Shown here piece by piece: positions 38,894 through 46,982 of a stretch of 64,000 nt of DNA. The stretch is taken from IMG/VR virus record IMGVR_UViG_3300020178_000002, positions 62,001 through 126,000 of that record; one strand, written 5' to 3'. The notes under the pieces were generated by a model. The model did no database searches and was not told the DNA's origin. It was given only the letters and a program-made list of their open reading frames with translations. Positions within the stretch are counted from its first letter, which is position 1, and each line of letters starts with the position of its first letter. The position numbers were made by a program, and so were the translations under genes.

Positions 38894-39377
38894 CTTGGTT
38901 CTCCTTCCACCAACTTCTAAAGCCATTTATAAAGGGATTAAATAATTCATCAAGACAACCTACATCAAGACAATCTATAAGGTACTCAAATGGATATATG
39001 TCCTCAAAGACCCTCCATGCAAAACTATAACAGGATTCTTGAGGTACGACTGTTAAGACTTCAACCTTTATCTTTTTATTTTCTTTTAGACAGAACCTAT
39101 CTAGTTGCCATCTTTTGTAGCTTGCAATCTTTTCTTCCCATCTTTTATCTAAATAAAGGTTTCGAATCCAAGTCTCATCAATATCATTTATGCTATTGAG
39201 AGGGGGCGATAAAGAGGGCGATTTTTCTTCTCGGATGAAATTTAATTCTTCCATAGTAGAAGCAATGGCTTTTTCTATAGGTAATATCCCATTAGTATGG
39301 TTTACAAACCCATCTTCCATTAAGATTGGGATGGCCTCTTTAAGACCCCCAGAGTTTTTAGTGAATAGCATATACAA
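38877..39377 (-). CDS. Hypothetical protein
   Basis: ORF upstream of recD2 with AAGGA RBS. Confidence 0.6.
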   Translation of the reverse strand: MYMLFTKNSGGLKEAIPILMEDGFVNHTNGILPIEKAIASTMEELNFIREEKSPSLSPPLNSINDIDETWIRNLYLDKRWEEKIASYKRWQLDRFCLKENKKIKVEVLTVVPQESCYSFAWRVFEDIYPFEYLIDCLDVGCLDELFNPFINGFRSWWKENQDVLCQ

Positions 39378-39453
39378 TTATTGTCCTTAAAAAGTGTGTG
39401 CTTTAATCCCTAATCTTATAAGATAGGAAACTTAACAAGGAGATAAATTAAAC

Positions 39454-40155
39454 ATGGTATGTAAAAAGTGCAATGGCTTTGGGTACATTCAAAGTGACGA
39501 TGGTCATATGGGAATCCCACGAGCAATTCAATGTGAATGTAAGATTAAAAAAGCCCTAGCAGACCAAGCTGAAAGAGCATGGGCAAATTTAAGTCTAGTC
39601 CCTGTAAAGAAAAGCTCTCCACTGAGTAAGTTGTTCTCTAAGAACCTTGTAATATCTTCAGAGAAAGACATTTTAAGGATGCATTTAAGAACCTGCTTTG
39701 CAAAGCAGAATAGACCCTCTCACTTTTACAAAGTCATTGGTGACCACACTCTAATGTCAGCTTGGCTAGGAAGTATGCATGTGCAAGGGATTGCAGTTGC
39801 TGACCCAGATTTCCAAAGAGAGTTAAAAGTTTATTCTCTTGAAGACCTAGCAGAGTCTCCACAATTATTAGTTGTAAGACTTGGTACTAAGATGGCAAGA
39901 AATTCTGCTATGCCAGAAGTCTTGGTAGAGGCCATTGAAATTAGAGAACACTTAAACAAGCCTACTTGGTTGGTAGAAGAACCATATAAACCTCTTGAAG
40001 AAGGACATCTTTCATGGAGTCCAACTTTAGAGGATATGATTGAGACTTGGGAGAAGGTTATCCTAACCACCCCAGAGGGGAAAAAGACAAAGCAAAAAAC
40101 AGGTAGTGGTAGAACAACTACATCTTTAGGAAGCCATAAGAGGGTTAAGCTGTAA
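39454..40155 (+). CDS. DnaC/loader-like protein with N-terminal Zn-binding motif, degenerate ATPase
   Basis: CKKCNGFGY...QCEC; IEIREHLNKPTWL resembles the DnaC R...KPT motif; translationally coupled to dnaB. Confidence 0.55.
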   Translation: MVCKKCNGFGYIQSDDGHMGIPRAIQCECKIKKALADQAERAWANLSLVPVKKSSPLSKLFSKNLVISSEKDILRMHLRTCFAKQNRPSHFYKVIGDHTLMSAWLGSMHVQGIAVADPDFQRELKVYSLEDLAESPQLLVVRLGTKMARNSAMPEVLVEAIEIREHLNKPTWLVEEPYKPLEEGHLSWSPTLEDMIETWEKVILTTPEGKKTKQKTGSGRTTTSLGSHKRVKL

Positions 40156-41675
40156 TGAGTAATATTTTAAGAAGTATTGTTCCATCACCAAGTTCTGGTG
40201 ATAATGAAAAACTAATGTACCAAAACTTTATTACTTTGAGGGAGTCTGTCTTAAGATTCGATATGCCCTCTGATGTAAATATTTATGAGTACATCAAAGA
40301 CTTTAGTCAAAAGCATGGTCACTTACCTAATGCTAAAAGTATTCGAGATTACTTTGAGCAAAACCAGAGCTTTGATGAAGCGGATAGGATACAGCAGATA
40401 AGTACACAAAGTGTTGCTTATCGAGGTGACTTTATCTCTCTAATAGAAAAGTCTGTTGAAGAGGGTAGGCTTACTAATCTAGCTTCTATGCTTGCTGATG
40501 CTAAGATGATAGCTAAGTCAGGTCTTGAAATTAAAGAGGGTAAGACTAAGAGAACTCTAAAAGGTGCAAGGGATGCTAGTAATCACCTCTTGAACCAGAT
40601 CTCAAAAATCAACACACCTACTTTTGGTAGTCGTATTGGTGGAGAAGCACTTAGTGATGGTGATGACTTCTGGGATGCTTATGAGAAAGCTAAGAACAGT
40701 GAGTTAGACATCAGACCAATGACAGGATTATCTGTCATTGACAATGCTATTGGTGGTTTCAAAAAGAAAGAGCTTTATATCTTAGCAGCTTTTACAGGTC
40801 ACTTGAAATCAACTAGCTCTTTAAATTGGGTTTATAATCAAGCAATCTATGGTGGCACTAACACCATTTACTTCTCATTAGAGATGCACTACCCACAGTG
40901 TCGAAGGATTATCTACACCTACCACTCAATGCACCCTAAGTTTAGAAAGAAGCGTATTGCTTTAGGACTTCAAACAGGTCAGACAGATGTCTGTATAGAC
41001 CCTAAGAAGATTAAAGAGGGTACACTGACCAAAGACGAAGAGGCATTTATGAAAGAGGTTGTTAAAGATCTCAATGATGGTGTTAAGTCTGGTCAATATG
41101 GCTCACTTCGATTTGAAGTAGCTGACCCTAATTTGATGGACTTTACAGTTGAAGATTTAAGAGCAAGAGCAGAAGCGATTGCACAATCTGAGTCAGTAAA
41201 GATGATTGTAGTAGACCACGCTCTCTTGGTATCTCCTAGAAGATGGGTAGCTAGTACAACAGACAGGCTTAATGAGGTTATTCGTGACCTTAAAAAGACT
41301 GCTCTGGGCTTCAATAGAGGTGAGGGTATTCCTATTCTTTGCTTGTTCCAAATTAGTCGTGAGGGCTTCAAGTCAGCAGAAAAGAATGGTGGCTCTTATA
41401 ACCTAACTCACTTGAGTTATGCAAATGAAGCAGAGCGTTCTGCGGATGTGGTTATCTCAAGTTGGTTTGGTGAAGACATGAAGCAGAACTCACAGGTTAA
41501 GTATCAATGCCTAAAGTCTAGAGATCAAGCTCCTTTCGATAACTTTGAAGCTCAGATTTCATGGCCTGCTGGTCGAGTTCTTGATATGCCTTTACAGTTT
41601 CAATCTAGTACAGCCAAAAGCAAGCCTGCCCCTAAGGGAGATGCTTTAGATAAGATACTAGATGAGGAACTTTAA
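40155..41675 (+). CDS. dnaB: DnaB-like replicative helicase
   Basis: MTGLSVID..GG, AAFTGHLKST, FSLEM, IVVDH, FQISRE, ERSADVV, KSRD. Confidence 0.88.
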   Translation: MSNILRSIVPSPSSGDNEKLMYQNFITLRESVLRFDMPSDVNIYEYIKDFSQKHGHLPNAKSIRDYFEQNQSFDEADRIQQISTQSVAYRGDFISLIEKSVEEGRLTNLASMLADAKMIAKSGLEIKEGKTKRTLKGARDASNHLLNQISKINTPTFGSRIGGEALSDGDDFWDAYEKAKNSELDIRPMTGLSVIDNAIGGFKKKELYILAAFTGHLKSTSSLNWVYNQAIYGGTNTIYFSLEMHYPQCRRIIYTYHSMHPKFRKKRIALGLQTGQTDVCIDPKKIKEGTLTKDEEAFMKEVVKDLNDGVKSGQYGSLRFEVADPNLMDFTVEDLRARAEAIAQSESVKMIVVDHALLVSPRRWVASTTDRLNEVIRDLKKTALGFNRGEGIPILCLFQISREGFKSAEKNGGSYNLTHLSYANEAERSADVVISSWFGEDMKQNSQVKYQCLKSRDQAPFDNFEAQISWPAGRVLDMPLQFQSSTAKSKPAPKGDALDKILDEEL

Positions 41676-41986
41676 TGAGAAGAAAGAAAAATGATGACCT
41701 TTATTTCATTCAATCTGCAAAGACAGGGATGATTAAAATAGGAAGATCTAAGAACCCAGAAAAAAGACTGAAGCAACTCCAGACAGGCTCTCCAAATAAG
41801 CTTAAGCTTATAGCTTCTTTTAAAGAAGAGGGCTGGAGAGAGTCTGAACTCCATGAGCATTTAAGAGAGTGGAAAGTTAGAAGCAATGGAGAATGGTTTA
41901 CCTATGATTGTGTAGGTAATATACCCAAGCACTTCTATGAAAGAATAGAGTGGGGCTCTTTTGATGATTGGTGGGAGAGTCCTTAG
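41675..41986 (+). CDS. GIY-YIG nuclease (T5orf172/MUG113-like)
   Basis: LYFIQ, IKIGRS..PEKRLKQLQTGSP, GEWF. Confidence 0.85.
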   Translation: MRRKKNDDLYFIQSAKTGMIKIGRSKNPEKRLKQLQTGSPNKLKLIASFKEEGWRESELHEHLREWKVRSNGEWFTYDCVGNIPKHFYERIEWGSFDDWWESP

Positions 41987-42957
41987 TAAGTCTGGAACTT
42001 TTGTAAGAGGTGATCTCTTTTTTGTTCCGCAATCTTGCTTAGGGTTACTCCCATACACTTTTTGTTAAGATAATCCTCTATAGAAGAGATAAGCTTATTC
42101 TTAGCTAACTGCACTTCTTTAGAATATCTTTGCTCATTATATGGAGTCTCAAGCTCCCAATCTTTTAGGCTCTTTTCATAGAACTTCATATCTTGATTTC
42201 GTTTTTCCACCTTTTCTTTTGAAAGGTGGCTCTTAAATTGGTCTTCAATTTTTAAGAGAGTCTCTTCTGTGTCTCTTATAGCAACAAGAACAAACAAGAA
42301 GTTTTTCTTCTTAAAGATATCTCTTTGGACATAGAGAACTTTGTCATAGAATGCTCTTATTTCAAGACCAAACTTCTTTTTTATTACATCACTCAGATAT
42401 TTAATATTGGTGTACTTGCTGAAATTGCTTTCTAAGAACCCTATCCAAGTCTCTTCAAAGTCTCTCTTGTAAGAAGATATTTTCACATAGAGATTAGAAC
42501 TATTGTAAAGAGCAATCCTATAATCTTTAGGGTTTATTTTTAATGGGTTTAATGATTTGTTCAGATCTTCTATCTTCTCTAGTTCACTAATGTTGTATAG
42601 CTTCTCTATTATCTTTCTCACAGTTCGACTACCTAGAGATTTCTTTATAGCACCTGGTTTCTTTTCTTCAATCTTATTTAACATTTCTAATTCTTTAGAA
42701 ACGACCTTTGCTATTTTTATAGGCAGGTTTGAAACAAAGTCATCAGGATAAACAGAAGTTAGCCCCCCATAAGGACTTCTCTCATATTTGTAATACTGTC
42801 GGCCTATAACATCACCAGAGTTATTGTAAAGGTAGTCTCCTGCATAAATCCCCTTTTTTTTAGCTAGAGCGTCTACTTTCATTATATCAAGAGATGAGCC
42901 ATAGACCTCTAAAAAAGTACCTTCTCTTGTCTTAAAAGTTTTATATCTTATCTTCAT
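41983..42957 (-). CDS. Hypothetical basic protein
   Basis: AAGGAG RBS; variant motif TAATACTCTTTATA upstream. Confidence 0.65.
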   Translation of the reverse strand: MKIRYKTFKTREGTFLEVYGSSLDIMKVDALAKKKGIYAGDYLYNNSGDVIGRQYYKYERSPYGGLTSVYPDDFVSNLPIKIAKVVSKELEMLNKIEEKKPGAIKKSLGSRTVRKIIEKLYNISELEKIEDLNKSLNPLKINPKDYRIALYNSSNLYVKISSYKRDFEETWIGFLESNFSKYTNIKYLSDVIKKKFGLEIRAFYDKVLYVQRDIFKKKNFLFVLVAIRDTEETLLKIEDQFKSHLSKEKVEKRNQDMKFYEKSLKDWELETPYNEQRYSKEVQLAKNKLISSIEDYLNKKCMGVTLSKIAEQKRDHLLQKFQTY

Positions 42958-42997
42958 AACAGAACTCCTTCTTCAATCGAGTGTCATATAAAGAGTA

Positions 42998-45037
42998 TTA
43001 AGCGATTACAATGTAATTGACTTTAATACTTATTGAGCCATTACTGTAGTTTGCAATCCCTAAAACACTAGAATGGCCAGCAGCATCACTATACCTCAGT
43101 TGCAGGTAGCGTTTTGTCGCATACACAAAGGAAGCCCCAACATAAAGATAAGGACTCCCATCTATCTCCATAAAAGAGCTGGTGGAAGTCACAAAAGATA
43201 AGACTTTAACATTATCATATAGCAGATTCCCACTTGAGTCTATGGGGCTGTAAAGACCTGTGTAATCTTCTGTAGTCTCTGGATAGAAAAGGGTGTTTTC
43301 ATTATTATTTAGATGACCCATACGAATGTCTGTAGATCCTCCAGAATTATAAGTCACATCTTGAAAGAATAAAGGAATCACATCAACATGGTAGTTCAGA
43401 TTGATGTCAAAAGAAACAGACCCAGAACCTAAGATACTTATACCTAAAGCTCTCAATACATTATTAGCACCTAGAGCCATTAATTTGTTTGGTGCATCCG
43501 AGACAATAGCACTTGAAGATACTGTGACATTAGTACCAGCATCAATCTCCACACCAAGACCTGAAAGTGATACAGTATCTGTGGCTGTAGTAGTTATATT
43601 CTCTGCCGTAGTTTCAATCGAACCACTAACAGCAGAGAATTCAATCAAACCACTAGCAGCAGTAGTGGTCACACTTGGTGCTGTAATATTTATTTCATCA
43701 TCTCCAGTAACATCTACTGTGCGACCATCAATAGCAACAGAACCTCTCTTTTCTAAAATACTGTTGCCACTAACAGCACCACCTCGAATGGTCACAGAAC
43801 CTCCAAAGATACCACCATTGCCATTATTTAAACCTAAGAAGCTACCACCCTCAATCAATACATCTCCTGCATATGCAAAGTCACTATCCAAAAGAGAGAA
43901 ATCAAAGTCTTCAACAGCACCACCTCGAATAAAAACCTTTCCTTTAGTTGCTGCATCTTTAGAGGTAGGTTCATCAGCAGTACCAGCTCCGATAACAACA
44001 TCTCCAGGTGTGCCACTTAGATTTGAATCGCCACTGTAGATATGAATGTCACCACCACTTGAATCTGTAAATCCTGAAGCACCCTCTATGGTTAAACCAC
44101 CTGCTGTGCCACCAGAATAGTTATCGCCTACTTTTATATCTATATCTCCACCAATACCTTGATCTGTTTTACCTGTACCTATATTTATAGAGCCAGCAGT
44201 TCCACTATTTGAATTGCTAGTTTTGATAGAAAGGTCACCACTACTAGAAGAACCGTATAGTGAGCCTGTGAAACTACCTGTACTGATAGAAATACCACCT
44301 GTAAATTCACTAGGGTCTGTTCGATCTGAAGTGTGTAAATTAACACCAGACGCTCTACCTTTTATATCTACATAGTAGGCATCCATTGTAAGATTCCCAT
44401 AACCATAGGCTATTAAGTTAATGTAGCCACCCCAAGTTTCTGAATCTTGCAAACCATTGTTTGCTTTACCACCTAAAATATTAACATCTCCAGCTCTATT
44501 AAAGTAAGATCCATCGAGAGCCATATTGCCCCCTCTTACATCAATACGGCCTGGATCATCTCCTGTATTGTCACTTTGACCATAGATTAAGACATTTGCA
44601 TTCAAGCTTGTGTATGTAGGCTTAGGTACAGGGGAGATTAAAATATCATCTCCAGACCTAAGCTCTAGTCTTTCTTCACTTTGGACATATATGTGACCTC
44701 TTTCAGAGAGGGTAAGAGGAGTAGCATACTCTCCACTTTTAATAAGTATTCGACCAGAGCTAACTCCTGTACCAGAAATCAACTCTATTTTCCCACCGAC
44801 ACCGCCTGTTTTTGACTCTCCTGCATGCAATAGGATTTCACCCCCAGCACCATCAAAAGAGTCTCCAGATTCTAGGGTAATAATGCCACCATCTCCAAAA
44901 CCAGAGGCAGAGTTTATAAGTATACCTCTTTCAGAGCTTCCGAAAAGAGAAGCACTATCTATTGAGGGTTTAATAATTCGACCTCTTTGTTGAGACTGGT
45001 TGATTGAAACTTCTAAGGAATCTTTAGTTGAACTCAT
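42998..45037 (-). CDS. Gly/Ser-rich repeat protein, putative fibre/spike structural protein
   Basis: Many GG-x-I-x-[IL]-x-[GS]G repeats, then a globular C-terminus; late motif upstream. Confidence 0.55.
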   Translation of the reverse strand: MSSTKDSLEVSINQSQQRGRIIKPSIDSASLFGSSERGILINSASGFGDGGIITLESGDSFDGAGGEILLHAGESKTGGVGGKIELISGTGVSSGRILIKSGEYATPLTLSERGHIYVQSEERLELRSGDDILISPVPKPTYTSLNANVLIYGQSDNTGDDPGRIDVRGGNMALDGSYFNRAGDVNILGGKANNGLQDSETWGGYINLIAYGYGNLTMDAYYVDIKGRASGVNLHTSDRTDPSEFTGGISISTGSFTGSLYGSSSSGDLSIKTSNSNSGTAGSINIGTGKTDQGIGGDIDIKVGDNYSGGTAGGLTIEGASGFTDSSGGDIHIYSGDSNLSGTPGDVVIGAGTADEPTSKDAATKGKVFIRGGAVEDFDFSLLDSDFAYAGDVLIEGGSFLGLNNGNGGIFGGSVTIRGGAVSGNSILEKRGSVAIDGRTVDVTGDDEINITAPSVTTTAASGLIEFSAVSGSIETTAENITTTATDTVSLSGLGVEIDAGTNVTVSSSAIVSDAPNKLMALGANNVLRALGISILGSGSVSFDINLNYHVDVIPLFFQDVTYNSGGSTDIRMGHLNNNENTLFYPETTEDYTGLYSPIDSSGNLLYDNVKVLSFVTSTSSFMEIDGSPYLYVGASFVYATKRYLQLRYSDAAGHSSVLGIANYSNGSISIKVNYIVIA

Positions 45038-45065
45038 GTTAACCTCTCTTTTTTAGTATAGGCTT

Positions 45066-45078
45066 AATAAAAGACATA
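45066..45078 (-). promoter_or_regulatory. Putative late promoter motif
   Basis: TATGTCTTTTATT, 28 nt upstream of 45037. Confidence 0.55.
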
Positions 45079-45129
45079 GTGATAGTTAATCTATTGCTTG
45101 TCACTTTTGCTAAATAAAGGAGTTCATCT

Positions 45130-46464
45130 ATGAGTAAATACAACGCTATAAGAGAAGAGAATGAAAAGTTTAATGCATGGATTCTTGAAGAAGAAGAGGC
45201 AGGTGGCTTCTTTGATCCTATAGAAGAAAGAAAAGTTAGGTTTTTTAATGAACTGAGTGAAGAAGGCAAGGAGAAAGCATACGAAGAATTTGAAGCTACC
45301 AAAGAAATCAAAGACATTAAAAGATATAGGGCTCTGGCATTTCAGGGCAAGCTTTTTGCTTTGCGGTGGTTGTTAAAAAGATCTAAGGATTTTGAAGAAT
45401 TTAAAGAGCCTTTAGAAAACAAAACCAAGAAATTAGATCTCAGTCCTAGTAAAGATCGAAGAACAAAAATCAAAGATATGACCCAGACCAAAGCAAGAGA
45501 CTTATACTTGGAAGATGTTATATTTGATGACTTAGACCTATCTTGGTCAGACTTCTCGGGTAGCACTCTAGTCAACTGTAGTTTTAATAACACAACACTG
45601 ACAGGTGCAAAGTTTGTAAACTGTTCTTTACAGATAGTAGACTTTGGTGGTGCAGACCTCACCTTAGTGGACTTCAAAAATGTGGATCTTCGAGCCACCA
45701 AGGACTTTGGTAAGGCAACAATTAAGCAAACCAACTTATCTGGTGCTGATGTTAGAGGTGTTGATCTAAGAGGTGCTGGAGAAAGTAAGGAAGATCTTTT
45801 CTATGTTAGTCCAACAACTAAATTTGATGTTACTAACAAAAAGCTGATTACTAAAGTGCCTATTTACATGGAGAAGTTTGATGTTCTGTTAAAAAACATA
45901 GAAGACCAAATCAATAAAGGAAAAGAAATTGGATATGATAAGTCTAAAGTCAAAGAACTAAAAAAATATCTTAATGAAAATACATTTAAGGTCTTCTATG
46001 GAGATAGGATATTAAAAGTACTAGACTACTACAAAAAAGAGCTTTCTTGGAGAAAACGCTTGCCAGATTCCTTTTTGCCTTTTTCTTATTCTTTTAAAGA
46101 CTTAAAGAAGTTCTTTAGGAACACTGACAGCCAAGTTAAGAATATGGTTAGCAAGATTAATCAAAAGATTGGCTCAAAGAGATATGTACTGACAGAGCCT
46201 GTTAATACTAACAGCCATACTAACAGATTAAAGGGCAAGATAGTCTATGGGGGAAATCTTTTAGGTTTATCTCAAACAGTGCCCTATTACATAATTGTAA
46301 ACATTGGAAATTCTGGCTTTGGCCTTAGAAGATTTTATACACCAGAGTCTTATATCTTCTGCATACCTCAAAAGAGTTGCTCATCCGAATTTGAAGAATT
46401 TGGTCAAAGAGAGCTAGGTACTATTGTTATGAAGATAGAAGACTTAATCTGGAGAGAACGTTAG
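45130..46464 (+). CDS. Pentapeptide-repeat protein with extra N- and C-terminal domains
   Basis: LDLSW SDFSG STLVN CSFNN TTLTG AKFVN...ADLTL VDFKN VDLRA; AAGGAG RBS. Confidence 0.85.
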   Translation: MSKYNAIREENEKFNAWILEEEEAGGFFDPIEERKVRFFNELSEEGKEKAYEEFEATKEIKDIKRYRALAFQGKLFALRWLLKRSKDFEEFKEPLENKTKKLDLSPSKDRRTKIKDMTQTKARDLYLEDVIFDDLDLSWSDFSGSTLVNCSFNNTTLTGAKFVNCSLQIVDFGGADLTLVDFKNVDLRATKDFGKATIKQTNLSGADVRGVDLRGAGESKEDLFYVSPTTKFDVTNKKLITKVPIYMEKFDVLLKNIEDQINKGKEIGYDKSKVKELKKYLNENTFKVFYGDRILKVLDYYKKELSWRKRLPDSFLPFSYSFKDLKKFFRNTDSQVKNMVSKINQKIGSKRYVLTEPVNTNSHTNRLKGKIVYGGNLLGLSQTVPYYIIVNIGNSGFGLRRFYTPESYIFCIPQKSCSSEFEEFGQRELGTIVMKIEDLIWRER

Positions 46465-46928
46465 TACTGATATAAAGCCATGATCTTTTGACGCTGGCGA
46501 GGTGTTCTAACGCTATTTTTGACGATAGTTTTAATGTTCTGGATGATGAATTTAGGGTTTTCAGAAGAGAAGTTAGGCACTACCACTAAATTAAATTGTT
46601 CTCTGGTGTATATACTTGTTAAGTAAACCCTTAGTAGGTCTTGCTCCTTATCAAGCTCTACATTAATAAACATAAGTTGTTGTCTATCATTTTTGATATG
46701 ACCTCGTGCCTCTAATTGGTATATTTTATTGGGCTTTTTGATGTAGCCATCATCACCTTTGGTGTTTGCAAGACCATAGTCTACCAGAGCATCTCCTGTT
46801 CCGTTAGCTATTGCCTTAAGGGTTTCTTTAATTTTATCTCCAAAAATGTCAAATAGTCCAGCTTCTTTTTCAAGCCTGGCGATTCTCATTTCAAGAGATC
46901 TGATTTGTTGTGCTGCTGTTCTTCTCAT
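46461..46928 (-). CDS. Hypothetical protein with shared N-terminal leader
   Basis: MRRTAAQQIRSLEMRIARLEKEA from ATG 46928 (AGGA RBS). Confidence 0.75.
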   Translation of the reverse strand: MRRTAAQQIRSLEMRIARLEKEAGLFDIFGDKIKETLKAIANGTGDALVDYGLANTKGDDGYIKKPNKIYQLEARGHIKNDRQQLMFINVELDKEQDLLRVYLTSIYTREQFNLVVVPNFSSENPKFIIQNIKTIVKNSVRTPRQRQKIMALYQY

Positions 46929-46969
46929 TTTACGTTTTCCTATCTGATAAAGATTCATTCCTTGTGGGA

Positions 46970-46982
46970 CATAAAAGACATA
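46970..46982 (-). promoter_or_regulatory. Putative late promoter motif
   Basis: TATGTCTTTTATG, 41 nt upstream of 46928; 12/13 identical to 45066. Confidence 0.55.
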
